DNA of 64,000 nt from positions 7,257 to 71,256 of the forward strand of contig JAFXFO010000033.1 in the NCBI GenBank assembly GCA_017520425.1. Reading direction: 5' to 3'. Under the pieces are notes generated by a model. It was not told the DNA's origin and searched no databases. It saw only the letters and a program-made list of their open reading frames with translations. Made by a program: the position numbers and the translations under genes. The DNA comes from Lachnospiraceae bacterium. GTDB taxonomy: Bacteria > Bacillota > Clostridia > Lachnospirales > Lachnospiraceae. Below are positions 38,473 to 48,837 of the stretch, piece by piece (the first letter of the stretch is position 1; every line of letters begins with the position of its first letter).

Positions 38473-38991
38473 CTAGCCCTTCACAAACTTCCGCAATATC
38501 AAAAACACGATTGCCCCCAACGCACATCCCAGTGTGTTGGCAACAATATCATCTAACTGAAAAATACCTCTGCCGGTTACCAGTTGCATCCATTCAATAG
38601 CAATACTGGTAACGGCGCCCACAAATATACTTTTCAAAAACAGTACCTTTCCTTTGGCCCACCAACAAAAACAAAAGCCGTAGGGAATAAAGAGCAACAC
38701 ATTTTCCAATACCAAAGCATCGTTCCGCTTATTGATTTTCAAACTTGCTCCCAAATCCAACTCCATCTTACCGGTTCCGCCACCTTCCCTGGAAAGGTAA
38801 GTTATCATAAGTATCACACTCAGGAAAGAAAAAAAGCATACAGTAGACCAAAAGGAAAGTCTATCCTTCCCCCGTCTGCTTCTTCTGTCATTCATCCATT
38901 TTACTATCAATATCAGGCATCCGCTGATGACCAACAAAAAGGGCACATACTTCAAGGCCTGTATCAAATCCTGTCGTAAATAATTTAACAT
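38473..38991 (-). CDS. VanZ-family membrane protein
   Basis: LENVLLFIPYG, IEWMQL..GRG.FQLDDIVANTLG. Confidence 0.88.
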   Translation of the reverse strand: MLNYLRQDLIQALKYVPFLLVISGCLILIVKWMNDRRSRRGKDRLSFWSTVCFFSFLSVILMITYLSREGGGTGKMELDLGASLKINKRNDALVLENVLLFIPYGFCFCWWAKGKVLFLKSIFVGAVTSIAIEWMQLVTGRGIFQLDDIVANTLGCALGAIVFLILRKFVKG

Positions 38992-38994
38992 CTC

Positions 38995-39303
38995 TTACCT
39001 TTCTTTATAACTCGCCCAATTTTTAGGGGCTTGTTCCCACTTTTCCTTGTCCTGAAACAGACAATCATTCATCCATGCAATAGCATCTATGATACCATCT
39101 TCCTCAAAATCAAACAACTTACTTGTTTTCTGTTCCTCCGGCGTCATAATAAAATTAAAAGGTTCCGGCCAGACTGTAGTTTTCAGTTTCTTGCCTTCTT
39201 CCGTGGCAATCCCCTCCAACCGGTAGCGCATGCCCTGATGACAACCGGTATATTCCGTTTTTTTCAGATATTCCATAGACAATATATCTTCCCGTACAAT
39301 CAT
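38995..39303 (-). CDS. Conserved-looking hypothetical protein (102 aa)
   Basis: SD GAGGAG before ATG 39303; YTG...GMRYRL and WPEPFNF motifs; no confident family. Confidence 0.8.
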   Translation of the reverse strand: MIVREDILSMEYLKKTEYTGCHQGMRYRLEGIATEEGKKLKTTVWPEPFNFIMTPEEQKTSKLFDFEEDGIIDAIAWMNDCLFQDKEKWEQAPKNWASYKER

Positions 39304-39343
39304 ATCCGTCTCCTCTTTCCGATGCAAATCCCTGCATTTCTAT

Positions 39344-39372
39344 ATCATACCCTTTCTTTTGTTATTTTTCAA
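39344..39372 (-). promoter_or_regulatory. sigma-A-type promoter for the hypothetical-vanZ pair
   Basis: TTGAAA-N17-TATGAT immediately after the sigE stop. Confidence 0.6.
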
Positions 39373-39374
39373 GT

Positions 39375-40118
39375 CTATACCACACCGGTCATATCTCTTT
39401 TCAGCTGTTTCATAATTTTCTTCTCCAATCTGGAGATATAAGATTGTGAGATTCCCAGCAGTTCTGCCACTTCTTTTTGGGTCATTTCCTGTCCGTCCGG
39501 CATACCCAGGCCAAATCGCATACGTATAATACACCTTTCCCTGTCATTCAACCGACTGACCGCTTTTCTGAGAAGCTTCCGCTCCACCTCATCCTCCAAT
39601 CCCTTTCCGATTACATCCTCCTCCGTCCCCAGGATATCAGAAAGAAGCAGTTCATTACCATCCCAATCCACATTCAAGGGTTCATCTATAGACACCTCTT
39701 TGTGTGTTTTGCTGTTTCTTCGCAAAAACATTAGAATTTCATTCTCAATGCACCTGGATGCATAAGTGGCAAGCTTAATATTCTTCCCCGGGTTAAAGGT
39801 ATTGATTGCCTTAATCAAGCCGATTGTACCAATAGATATAAGGTCTTCCACTCCAACTCCCGTATTATCAAATTTTTTCGCTATGTAAACAACTAATCGC
39901 AAATTGTGTTCTATCAACACCGCCTTTGCTTCTTCCTCCCGCTCTGTCCCCAGGCGTTCCAGCATACAATGCTCTTCTTCATTGGAAAGAGGTGATGGGA
40001 GCACCTCTGTTCCGCCAATATAAAAAAGTTCTCCTTCCGTATGAAAATCAGCCTTTCTCTTCCGAAACCATACTTTCTCCCCAATTCCCTCCGGCAAAAA
40101 CATTCTCAAAAACATCAT
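39375..40118 (-). CDS. sigE: Pro-sigma-E, RNA polymerase sporulation sigma factor E
   Basis: Pro-sequence then [52 protein letters not shown]; follows spoIIGA. Confidence 0.97.
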   Translation of the reverse strand: MMFLRMFLPEGIGEKVWFRKRKADFHTEGELFYIGGTEVLPSPLSNEEEHCMLERLGTEREEEAKAVLIEHNLRLVVYIAKKFDNTGVGVEDLISIGTIGLIKAINTFNPGKNIKLATYASRCIENEILMFLRRNSKTHKEVSIDEPLNVDWDGNELLLSDILGTEEDVIGKGLEDEVERKLLRKAVSRLNDRERCIIRMRFGLGMPDGQEMTQKEVAELLGISQSYISRLEKKIMKQLKRDMTGVV

Positions 40119-40926
40119 CTTTTTCTTCCCCTTTCCTTTCCAAAATATCCGGACTCAATATCACCTGATAGCCCCCTGCTTTACCGCAAAACTCTTCTCC
40201 AGTCGCCACATAAACTCCACTGTAGTTTCCGAAGATTCCGTCCCACTCTACCACCAGTTGCTTCAGATAATACCCTTTTAGTACGCCTTTCCTTTTCCCC
40301 ACACTTTGATAGGGTATGATACGATATCCTTCCGGCAACTTCCCTTCAAAAAGTAACATTAAAGTCGGCTCATCCACCACCGCCACAGGCTTTTGACTAA
40401 TCGGCTCTCTTAACAGATTCCCCGTATCCATAAGCGCTCTTATGCGCACCCTTTCCTTATCCTTAACGACGATCACATAACAATCCTTCTCTTTTTCCCT
40501 GCTTCTCCTTATCCTTTCCGAAATGAACATACAGCCTACCGCTCCGGGCACCAACACTCCTATCATACCACTCATCTGAAATACAAACGGCAGTAATCGC
40601 CTTAACATTAGCAGGCTCCCCCCTAACAGCAGGGTAGCCGCTGCCATCTTTTCCAGCACCTTCCACCACTGTGAAAAGCCTCGCACCCGAAAGGTATATA
40701 GACACATGATAGCTACGGCCAGACCGAAACCGATTCCGCTCCCCAACATCCCCATTCCAATCACCAAAGCTGACACCACCGATATTGCCGCGCCACCCGC
40801 AGCCCCTATCAGAATCCGTTTTACAGACGCCGTGTGATGCAACATAACATTCACTATTATCAGAAGATATGTATTAAAGCACAAATTCAGGAGCAACAAC
40901 ATATCTGCATAAACCTCAAAATACAT
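40048..40926 (-). CDS. spoIIGA: Sigma-E processing aspartic peptidase
   Basis: EVYAD..N-terminus, five TMs, [11 protein letters not shown] catalytic motif, IPYQSVG; overlaps sigE by 71 bp. Confidence 0.9.
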   Translation of the reverse strand: MYFEVYADMLLLLNLCFNTYLLIIVNVMLHHTASVKRILIGAAGGAAISVVSALVIGMGMLGSGIGFGLAVAIMCLYTFRVRGFSQWWKVLEKMAAATLLLGGSLLMLRRLLPFVFQMSGMIGVLVPGAVGCMFISERIRRSREKEKDCYVIVVKDKERVRIRALMDTGNLLREPISQKPVAVVDEPTLMLLFEGKLPEGYRIIPYQSVGKRKGVLKGYYLKQLVVEWDGIFGNYSGVYVATGEEFCGKAGGYQVILSPDILERKGEEKDDVFENVFAGGNWGESMVSEEKG

Positions 40927-40963
40927 TTGTCACCTCCCCGTCACCGGATTTTTATTTAATACA

Positions 40964-40996
40964 ATTATACCTTTCCACTCCCGTGAATTTTGTCAA
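40964..40996 (-). promoter_or_regulatory. spoIIG promoter with over-long spacer (Spo0A-activated type)
   Basis: TTGACA-N21-TATAAT; TTTGACA at the -35 is one mismatch from the 0A box TTCGACA. Confidence 0.6.
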
Positions 40997-41038
40997 AAGA
41001 TATGAACAAAAAGCATCCTTCCTATCGTTGTAAAACGA

Positions 41039-41073
41039 CAAAAACAGCCATGTTCTTTCGAACATGACTGTTT
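41039..41073 (-). terminator. Intrinsic terminator of ftsZ
   Basis: AAACAG.CATGTTC/GAACATG.CTGTTT stem plus U-tract. Confidence 0.8.
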
Positions 41074-41088
41074 CTAAATAGTGTCCTA

Positions 41089-42249
41089 TTATTTTCTGGT
41101 CAAGAAATCCGGAATATTTAATGACTTAGACTTTACATTGCTCTGAATATCAATAGGCTTATTCAAAGAAATGGTAGGCTCAACGGGTGTCACCGGCACC
41201 TTGATGGAAGGTGTTACAGGTGTTGTAAAACCGGGATTCACGCTGGGACTCTTATATCCGAATCCGGTTCCTACTCTGTTCTGAACCACTACATTTGCCA
41301 CATCATCAATACCTGTTGCAATTACGGTAATGGTACAATTGCCGCTCTTATTTGAATCATACAACGCACCAAAGATAATATTCACATCGTTGCCGCAAAG
41401 CTCCTGAACATAGCTTACTGCATCGGATGCATCTGCCAATGTAATATCACCGGATACATTTACGATAACATCGGTTGCACCGGAAATGGTGGTTTCCAAT
41501 AAAGGAGATGCCACTGCCATCTTTACAGCTTCCAACGCCTTATCATCGCCCTTGCCTTCACCGATACCAATATGTGCAATACCCTTGTCCTTCATAACAG
41601 TCTGTACATCCGCAAAGTCAAGGTTAATAATTGCAGGTAAATTAATCAAATCGGTAATTCCCTGTACTGCCTGCTGTAACACTTCATCAGCCTTCTTCAA
41701 TGCTTCCGGCATGGTTGTTCTGCGGTCTACAATCTCTAACAGCTTATCATTAGGAATTACAATCAATGTATCCACATATTCTTTAATCTTTTCAATACCG
41801 CTTAATGCATTCTGCATACGGGTTTTTGCTTCAAAACGGAAAGGTTTGGTTACTACACCTACGGTAAGGATGCCCATTTCCTTCGCAATCTTTGCCACAA
41901 TGGGAGCCGCTCCTGTACCTGTACCGCCACCCATACCACAGGTAACAAATACCATATCAGCGCCTTCCAATGCACCCTGAATGTTTTCGCTGCTTTCTTC
42001 CGCTGCTTTCTCACCAATTTCAGGCTTTGCACCTGCGCCCAATCCCTTGGTGAGCTTTTCACCAATCTGAATCAGCTTAGGCGCCTTGCACAACTGAAGG
42101 GCCTGTTTATCTGTATTAACGCCGATGAATTCTACACCATCAATCTGTTCATCAACCATTCTGTTTACTGCATTATTTCCTGCACCACCGACACCTACTA
42201 CAATAATTTTTGCAGCTGCCTGTGTGTCATTTGTCTTAACTTCGAGCAA
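41089..42249 (-). CDS. ftsZ: Cell division protein FtsZ
   Basis: [18 protein letters not shown] tubulin signature, NLDFADV, C-terminal IPDFL. Confidence 0.99.
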   Translation of the reverse strand: MLEVKTNDTQAAAKIIVVGVGGAGNNAVNRMVDEQIDGVEFIGVNTDKQALQLCKAPKLIQIGEKLTKGLGAGAKPEIGEKAAEESSENIQGALEGADMVFVTCGMGGGTGTGAAPIVAKIAKEMGILTVGVVTKPFRFEAKTRMQNALSGIEKIKEYVDTLIVIPNDKLLEIVDRRTTMPEALKKADEVLQQAVQGITDLINLPAIINLDFADVQTVMKDKGIAHIGIGEGKGDDKALEAVKMAVASPLLETTISGATDVIVNVSGDITLADASDAVSYVQELCGNDVNIIFGALYDSNKSGNCTITVIATGIDDVANVVVQNRVGTGFGYKSPSVNPGFTTPVTPSIKVPVTPVEPTISLNKPIDIQSNVKSKSLNIPDFLTRK

Positions 42250-42361
42250 GGGTTTGTCCTCCTTTTATTCCGAATAAATTCCATATACTTTATCATATAA
42301 TTATTTTACAAATTTATCAACCCATTTTTTCATAAAAATACTATTTTTTTACTGATTATTT

Positions 42362-43093
42362 CTATTTATCTTCTTCAAATATGGTCATTTGGGATTCTTC
42401 TGTGTAATCCTCCAAATGTAAGACACCGCTTTTTCCTTCCAAATGCCCCAAAACAGAAGGCATCATCATAATTTTCTCTTCCAGATTTACAGCCTTTCCC
42501 AATAGGATTCTCAGTTCTCCCATATACAGAACCACATCCAAATCCGGCTGGAAATAGATTCTTTCCGCCGCAATATCATACTTGTCCAACAAATTGGTAA
42601 TGGTCATCACATTCTCAAAAACCTTATCATCCTCCACCGGAATCTTCTCTCCCAAAGCCACATGCTCAAACTTGAGTCCCGATACCTGCGGCACTCCCAA
42701 GGTTCTTACATTGGATGTCTCTATCATATAACCATCCTTATCAAAGTACATAAAGCTGTCCATAAATTCTATATAGCCGGCCAAAGCCTTTTCATATACG
42801 GTTATTTTGATGCTGTCCGGGGTCAGAACCGTTACTTCCATGGCATCCACAAAAGGAATGTTTTCCACCCCTTTGTTGCGGTATTTCATGGACAAATACC
42901 AGGAATTATTCCCCAACGGTCCCTGCATCACCATATCCTTTATTTCCTGCTCGGTATAATGAAGATTGCCTTCCACATATACTGTTTTCACTAAACGAGT
43001 ACTGATAAAATAATATATGGCACCAACCACCGCTGCTAACAATATTAAAATAATCAGTACTCTTACAATAATTCGATTACGCTTCCCTGACAC
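42362..43093 (-). CDS. ftsQ: Cell division protein FtsQ/DivIB
   Basis: Single TM, POTRA-like VYVEGNLHYT..I, position before ftsZ. Confidence 0.85.
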   Translation of the reverse strand: MSGKRNRIIVRVLIILILLAAVVGAIYYFISTRLVKTVYVEGNLHYTEQEIKDMVMQGPLGNNSWYLSMKYRNKGVENIPFVDAMEVTVLTPDSIKITVYEKALAGYIEFMDSFMYFDKDGYMIETSNVRTLGVPQVSGLKFEHVALGEKIPVEDDKVFENVMTITNLLDKYDIAAERIYFQPDLDVVLYMGELRILLGKAVNLEEKIMMMPSVLGHLEGKSGVLHLEDYTEESQMTIFEEDK

Positions 43094-44348
43094 TGAACAC
43101 CCGCGCTCCTAACTCTGTTAAATCCTTCGCAATATTTTCATATCCACGCATAATATATCGGTAACCGTTTATGGTACTCACACCATCTGCCATCAAACCG
43201 GCCAAAACCATAGCCGCTCCTCCCCGCAGTTCCCATGCTTCCACCGACTTTCCGGTAAGCACGGAAGGTCCCCATACTTTTACACGTCTTTCATCCAATA
43301 CCTTCACATTCGCTCCCATATCCCGCAGAGGTTCCACGATATGAAACCGATTTTCAAATATGGTTTCTTCTATTTCACTGACACCCTCTGCACGCAAAGC
43401 AGCTACTAACACAGCAGATTGTAAATCCGTAGGAAAATCCGGATAAACACCGGTTTTTAACCTTCTCACAGGCTGAAGCCTTTCCGGAGCCTGGACATAC
43501 AATCCGTCCTCTCCCGTCTGACAAACAGCACCCATTCTGCGTGCCACCTCTATCACTGCTTCCATCTGGTCACAAGGTGCTTCCTCCAACCAGGCACTGC
43601 CGCCTGCCGCCAATACAGCAAACAGATAGGTACCTGCTACAATTCTGTCAGCCGGAATCCACATTTTACAACCATGCAAGGTCTCTACCCCTTCAATTTC
43701 CAATCTTTCGCTTCCGATACCGCTGATTTGTGCTCCGCAATTTACCAAATACCGGCATAATGCTTGCACCTCCGGCTCCTTGGCCGCACCTGATATCCGA
43801 GTATGCCCCTTGGCCAAAACAGCGGCCAAAAGTGCGTTTTCCGTGGCACCTACGCTAACCTTGGAAAACTCAATATCCGCTCCGTGAAAACCATTCTCAA
43901 CAGAACCGTATATCATCTCCTCTTCCATGCGGAACACGGCACCCATTTTCTCCAAAGCCATCAAATGCATATCTATGGGCCGGGCACCTATCACACAGCC
44001 TCCCGGATATTCCATATATACTTCACCGGTTCTTCCCAGCAAGGCCCCCAGCATGCATATGGACGAACGCATGCTCTGCACCGCCTCCGAAGGCATCTTC
44101 TTTCGCTGTACACGGCTTGTATCTATGGTAATACCTTTGCTGCTTTCCCGTATAATACACCCCATACTGCCAAGTAACTGCTTCATACGAAATACATCAC
44201 TGATTTTGGGACAATTAGTAATCTGCGACTCCCCTTTTGTCAAAAGTGTAGCCGCCATCACAGGCAAGCAGGCATTCTTGGATCCCTGTATCTTTACCTT
44301 GCCCTGAAGGCACACACCACCATCTACACGAATAGAATCTATCTGCAT
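43077..44348 (-). CDS. murA: UDP-N-acetylglucosamine 1-carboxyvinyltransferase
   Basis: GSKNA, PGGCVIGARPID (catalytic Cys), SVGATEN, DRIVAGT, FPTDLQ, ELRGGA. Confidence 0.95.
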   Translation of the reverse strand: MQIDSIRVDGGVCLQGKVKIQGSKNACLPVMAATLLTKGESQITNCPKISDVFRMKQLLGSMGCIIRESSKGITIDTSRVQRKKMPSEAVQSMRSSICMLGALLGRTGEVYMEYPGGCVIGARPIDMHLMALEKMGAVFRMEEEMIYGSVENGFHGADIEFSKVSVGATENALLAAVLAKGHTRISGAAKEPEVQALCRYLVNCGAQISGIGSERLEIEGVETLHGCKMWIPADRIVAGTYLFAVLAAGGSAWLEEAPCDQMEAVIEVARRMGAVCQTGEDGLYVQAPERLQPVRRLKTGVYPDFPTDLQSAVLVAALRAEGVSEIEETIFENRFHIVEPLRDMGANVKVLDERRVKVWGPSVLTGKSVEAWELRGGAAMVLAGLMADGVSTINGYRYIMRGYENIAKDLTELGARVFSVREA

Positions 44349-44377
44349 TACAAAATCCTCCGAATTCAGACATATTC

Positions 44378-44405
44378 TATTATATGTATCCTTTTACATC
44401 ACAGT
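44378..44405 (-). promoter_or_regulatory. Sporulation-type (sigma-K/E-like) promoter upstream of murA
   Basis: AC-N17-CATATAATA on minus strand. Confidence 0.4.
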
Positions 44406-44421
44406 ACGTTGTCCCGTTTAT

Positions 44422-45582
44422 TTATGCTTCCCGAAGTTGTATCCTCTTTGCCACATTCAACACCAGCCCCATTTCTATCAACAGGAACAATACGGATGTA
44501 CCGCCATAGCTGATAAACGGCAGGGAAATACCGGTATTCGGTATACTATTGGTTACAACCGCCACATTCAAAATCACCTGAATGGCAATGTGCCCCATAA
44601 CACCCACTACCAGAAGTGCACCAAACAAATCCGGAGCATTATTGGCTATCAGCATCATTCTCCACAGCAACACCAAAAACATGGTAATGATTATTATCGC
44701 GCCAAACAGTCCCAGTTCTTCACATATAATTGAAAAAATCATATCATTTTGTGCTTCCGGAATAAATCCCAGCTTCTGCATACTCTGACCCAAACCTTTA
44801 CCGACTACGCCGCCGGAACCGATGGCATACAGGGACTGCAGTGTCTGATATCCCACATCCGAAGCATAGGCTTCCGGATTCATCCAAGCCAAAATACGTT
44901 TGAATCGGAAGCCTTCCAAATCAGACATATTAAGCTTAGATATATAATACAGCAATCCGCCTACCGCCGCCGAACCGATGGCTCCCAAAATAATGAACAA
45001 TTTATAATCGGGACTTGCTACAAATATCATAAACACGGAAATACCCAGTATGATAATGGCCGAACTCAGGTTATTGGTCAGCTTCCACACCAGCACCACC
45101 ATAGGGATTGCAGTAAGCATCAAAAAAATCATCCCCCGGGGTTGACGTATCAATTTCCCCATACTGCACACCAGATTAGCCAGGAACAAAATCATACAAA
45201 GCTTAGCTACTTCTGCCGGCTGTATGGTCAGACCGATACCCGGAATGGGTAACCATCGTTTTGCGCCATTGGCTTCCACTCCAAAGAAGGGTACCATGAT
45301 AACCAGGATTGCCGACACCAGATAACCCAGCTCCGAAAAACGGGCCCAGAAATGATAGGGAATATTGGCCACCACGATCATTGCTATCAATCCCAGAATC
45401 CCGGACAGCAGCTGCTTCTTCAAAAAATAAGCCGCATCGTTATACTTGGCATATGCTTCATAAGAACTTACGGAATATATCATTATCAATCCGAAGCCCA
45501 ATAAAAACAAAATAACGAACAACAATGTGTAATCAAAAAAGTATTCTGTTTGCTCTCTTTTCTTCTTTACCCGTCCTGCCAT
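44422..45582 (-). CDS. ftsW: SEDS-family peptidoglycan polymerase FtsW/SpoVE
   Basis: NGAKRW, IQPAEVAK, YQTLQSLYAIGSGG, PEAQNDMIF..EELG, LPFISYGGTS. Confidence 0.93.
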   Translation of the reverse strand: MAGRVKKKREQTEYFFDYTLLFVILFLLGFGLIMIYSVSSYEAYAKYNDAAYFLKKQLLSGILGLIAMIVVANIPYHFWARFSELGYLVSAILVIMVPFFGVEANGAKRWLPIPGIGLTIQPAEVAKLCMILFLANLVCSMGKLIRQPRGMIFLMLTAIPMVVLVWKLTNNLSSAIIILGISVFMIFVASPDYKLFIILGAIGSAAVGGLLYYISKLNMSDLEGFRFKRILAWMNPEAYASDVGYQTLQSLYAIGSGGVVGKGLGQSMQKLGFIPEAQNDMIFSIICEELGLFGAIIIITMFLVLLWRMMLIANNAPDLFGALLVVGVMGHIAIQVILNVAVVTNSIPNTGISLPFISYGGTSVLFLLIEMGLVLNVAKRIQLREA

Positions 45583-45600
45583 AAATCCGTTTTTCCTTAT

Positions 45601-46965
45601 CTACTCTAAACCATTTACATAGTCTTTAAACATCTTACCCCGCACCTCATAGTTGGGGAACATTCCCCAGCTTGCGCAAGCCGGTGATAAAAGTACCGCA
45701 TCACCGCTTTCCGCCAAATCCGTACAAAGTGCCAGACACTCTTCAAAAGTATCCGCCATCTTAATCCGCTCAAAGCCATGCTTTCGTGCACATTCCGCTA
45801 TTTTCTCACGTGTCTGCCCGATCAACACAAGCCATTTTACTTTATTATCAAAAGCTTCAATCCATTCATCGTATTCATTTTGTTTGTCATATCCGCCGCC
45901 TATCAAAACAGTAGGTTTACACATGGCTTTGATTCCTTGAATGGCAGCGTCAGGATTGGTGCCCTTGGAATCATTATAATAGTCCACGCCGCCCTTGGTT
46001 GCCACATATTCAATCCGATGTTCCACAGCCTTAAAGCTCTTAATCACCTTCAATATGGTACTCATAGGAACATTCATCCCCTCTGCCAGGGCAATGGCTG
46101 CCATCACATTCTCTATATTACAAACACCCACCAGATTCATGTCTGTTTTGGTATTCATAAGTTTTTCTGCTTTACCCTTTTCTGCCTTGTAAATATCTTC
46201 ACCTTGCAGGAAATAGCCGTTCTCCAGCTCTCTTGCAGAAGAAAAATATACCACCTTCGCAGGACATTTCTCTCCGAATTTACGGGTATATTCGTTTTCA
46301 TAGTTCAGTACACAAACTTCCTCTGCCAGCTGATTTTTCGCTATATTTTCCTTCGCTCCGGAGTACGCATCCATGGTATAATGGCGGTTCAGATGATCCG
46401 GCGTTACATTTAATATGGCAGACACTGCCGGGTGGAAGGTATCCACTGTTTCCAGCTGGAAACTGCTGATTTCCGCTACGGTTACCGTATCTTTAGTGGT
46501 CTTTAAAGCTTCTAACGTATACGGATTACCGATATTACCTACTACAAAGGTTTTATCCTGCCCCACATGGGCTTTCATAATCTCACCCATCAAGGTGGTT
46601 GTGGTAGTCTTTCCGTTGGTACCGGTGATTGCCACAATCCTTCCCTGCTCTGCCAGGTATCCCAGCTCTATCTCTCCGATAATCCGGACACCGTTCTCAC
46701 GCAAAGTATTAACCAGGGGGATATCAGTAGGTACCCCGGGGCTTAATACTGCCACTTCAATCTGTTCAGAAAGAATATCACTTTCCGCCATCTGACCGCT
46801 ATAACAAACAGCAGTAGCTCCCTCCGGCACTTTGCCCAAAAGCTCCTCCTTGGAAAGCTTCTCATCAAACAGTACAATCTCTGCCCCCAATTTATTTAAT
46901 AATGTCATAGCCCCTACTCCGCTGATTCCGGAGCCGACTACCAAACATTTTTTACCCTTCAGCAT
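45601..46965 (-). CDS. murD: UDP-MurNAc-L-Ala--D-glutamate ligase
   Basis: SPGVP, TGTNGKTTTT, EISSFQL, NDSKGTN, LSPACASW; start refined to ATG 46965 (SD AAGGAG). Confidence 0.97.
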   Translation of the reverse strand: MLKGKKCLVVGSGISGVGAMTLLNKLGAEIVLFDEKLSKEELLGKVPEGATAVCYSGQMAESDILSEQIEVAVLSPGVPTDIPLVNTLRENGVRIIGEIELGYLAEQGRIVAITGTNGKTTTTTLMGEIMKAHVGQDKTFVVGNIGNPYTLEALKTTKDTVTVAEISSFQLETVDTFHPAVSAILNVTPDHLNRHYTMDAYSGAKENIAKNQLAEEVCVLNYENEYTRKFGEKCPAKVVYFSSARELENGYFLQGEDIYKAEKGKAEKLMNTKTDMNLVGVCNIENVMAAIALAEGMNVPMSTILKVIKSFKAVEHRIEYVATKGGVDYYNDSKGTNPDAAIQGIKAMCKPTVLIGGGYDKQNEYDEWIEAFDNKVKWLVLIGQTREKIAECARKHGFERIKMADTFEECLALCTDLAESGDAVLLSPACASWGMFPNYEVRGKMFKDYVNGLE

Positions 46966-46982
46966 CTTATTCTCCTTTCGTA

Positions 46983-48755
46983 TCACTCTGATACACTTTC
47001 TTCTCCCTTTTCCTCACTTATCTCATTATAATCCATTATACCCAAATAAGGAAGAATATTTTCAAAAAGCTGTCTTACAATCGGCGCTGCAATCTGTCCG
47101 CCGTAATAAGTTCCTTGCGGTCTGTTAATAATGGCCAACGCTATAATCTGCGGATCATCCGCCGGTGCAAAGCCCAAGAAAGACGAGATATATTGTTTCT
47201 CTGACCTGGGAAGTGTCTGACTGGTAGCCGTCTTGCCCCCAATTCGTACCCCTTGTACCTGGCCATTCTTTCCGCCGCCTTCCGCTACTACCTTCTCTAA
47301 AATGTAACGCATGGTCTCTGATGTTTCCTCCGATACCACGCCCTCCTGCACCGGATACTCAAAGGTTTCCAATGTATTCCCTTGTTCATCCGTTACCTTG
47401 ACTCCCATATGCGGCGTGATTCTTTTGCCGCCGTTGATAATGGAAGATACGGTAGTAATCAGCTGAACCGGAGTAATCTGAAAGGACTGACCAAAGGACA
47501 CTGTTGCCAGTTCTACCGGTCCTATATTTTCCGGCTTATGCATAATGGTCCCTGCCTCACCGGGCAGGTCAATTCCGGTCTTTGTCAGCAGTCCGAATTG
47601 CTCAAAATAGCTGTAAAACCGCTCTGTCCCTAACTTAAGTCCCAAGGAAACAAATGCCGGATTACAGGAATTCATGGTAGCATGCACAAAATCTTGTGAG
47701 CCATGCCCTCCGTTTTTATGACAACGGATTCTGCGGTCATCCACAATGATATAGCCGGGACAGCTAAAGCCGCTTTCCTTGGTTACCACTCCGGCTTCCA
47801 GCCCTGCGGCAGCTGTTATGACTTTAAAAGTAGAGCCCGGTTCATAGGTATCGTTGATACAACCGTTTCTCCACATCTGATTCAGCAAATTCTGTTTTTC
47901 TTTTTCACTAATCTCCGCGCCGCCCTCTACGGTTACCGTAAACGGATCATTCAAATCAAACTCCGGCACATTTACCATAGCCAATATCTCGCCGTTTTGG
48001 GGATTCATCACAAGGATGGAAACACTTCGAGCCGACTTTGCTTTCATGGCCTGCTCCGCCAGCTGTTGGGCATAGCTTTGAATATTTACATCCAGGCTCA
48101 GATGAAGGGTATTGCCGTCAACCGGTTCAATCCTTCTCTCTCCGGCAGTTTCCACCTCTACTCCCCTGGCATCCGTCATGGTCAGAATGGTACCCGCCTT
48201 TCCCTCCAGATACTCTTCATAAACCACTTCCAAACCGATAATGCCCTGATTGTCACTTCCCGTAAAGCCTAAAACTTTACTGGCCAAATCTCCATAAGGA
48301 TAATATCGTTTATAGTCCTCATCCACTTTCACGCCCGCCAGATCATATTCTCTGATGGCATCTCCTACGGATTTACTCACATTGCTCTTTACACGCTCAA
48401 TGGAGCTATATTTCTCTACTCTTTTTCGAACCGTTTCTTCCGGCATGCCCAACTCCCTGGACAATACCCTGATTACTTCCTCCGGGTTTTCAATCTGATT
48501 ATGTATGACCGACACGGTACAAACCGTTCGATTATCTGCAATTATCACACCATTACAATCTACGATTTGCCCCCTGGCAGCTTTGATACTTCGTTCCCTT
48601 TCATGCAGGTCCGTAGCTTTCGCACCGTAATAATCGCTGCGCCAAACCATCAGATAAACCAACCGTACAAACAACAGCATCAGCAATCCGCCACAAGCAA
48701 GAAAAATAACCAACACCTTTTTTCGATTAGCAAATCGGTTCCTTGTATTTTGCAA
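46983..48755 (-). CDS. spoVD: Class B penicillin-binding protein, SpoVD-like
   Basis: TM anchor, YEPGSTFK (SxxK), SCN, GGKTA; second of two tandem class B PBPs in the dcw cluster. Confidence 0.8.
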   Translation of the reverse strand: MQNTRNRFANRKKVLVIFLACGGLLMLLFVRLVYLMVWRSDYYGAKATDLHERERSIKAARGQIVDCNGVIIADNRTVCTVSVIHNQIENPEEVIRVLSRELGMPEETVRKRVEKYSSIERVKSNVSKSVGDAIREYDLAGVKVDEDYKRYYPYGDLASKVLGFTGSDNQGIIGLEVVYEEYLEGKAGTILTMTDARGVEVETAGERRIEPVDGNTLHLSLDVNIQSYAQQLAEQAMKAKSARSVSILVMNPQNGEILAMVNVPEFDLNDPFTVTVEGGAEISEKEKQNLLNQMWRNGCINDTYEPGSTFKVITAAAGLEAGVVTKESGFSCPGYIIVDDRRIRCHKNGGHGSQDFVHATMNSCNPAFVSLGLKLGTERFYSYFEQFGLLTKTGIDLPGEAGTIMHKPENIGPVELATVSFGQSFQITPVQLITTVSSIINGGKRITPHMGVKVTDEQGNTLETFEYPVQEGVVSEETSETMRYILEKVVAEGGGKNGQVQGVRIGGKTATSQTLPRSEKQYISSFLGFAPADDPQIIALAIINRPQGTYYGGQIAAPIVRQLFENILPYLGIMDYNEISEEKGEESVSE

Positions 48756-48837
48756 AACAAAACCTCATAATCTGTGAATGTCATCTTTATACTGTATTCT
48801 CAGAATTATGAGGTTATTCTTCCTTTGCTTATGTTTC

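Noticed and set aside
40048-40118. 71-bp overlap of spoIIGA and sigE
   Set aside because: Both frames look intact; a C-terminal extension over the poorly conserved pro-sequence needs no special explanation.
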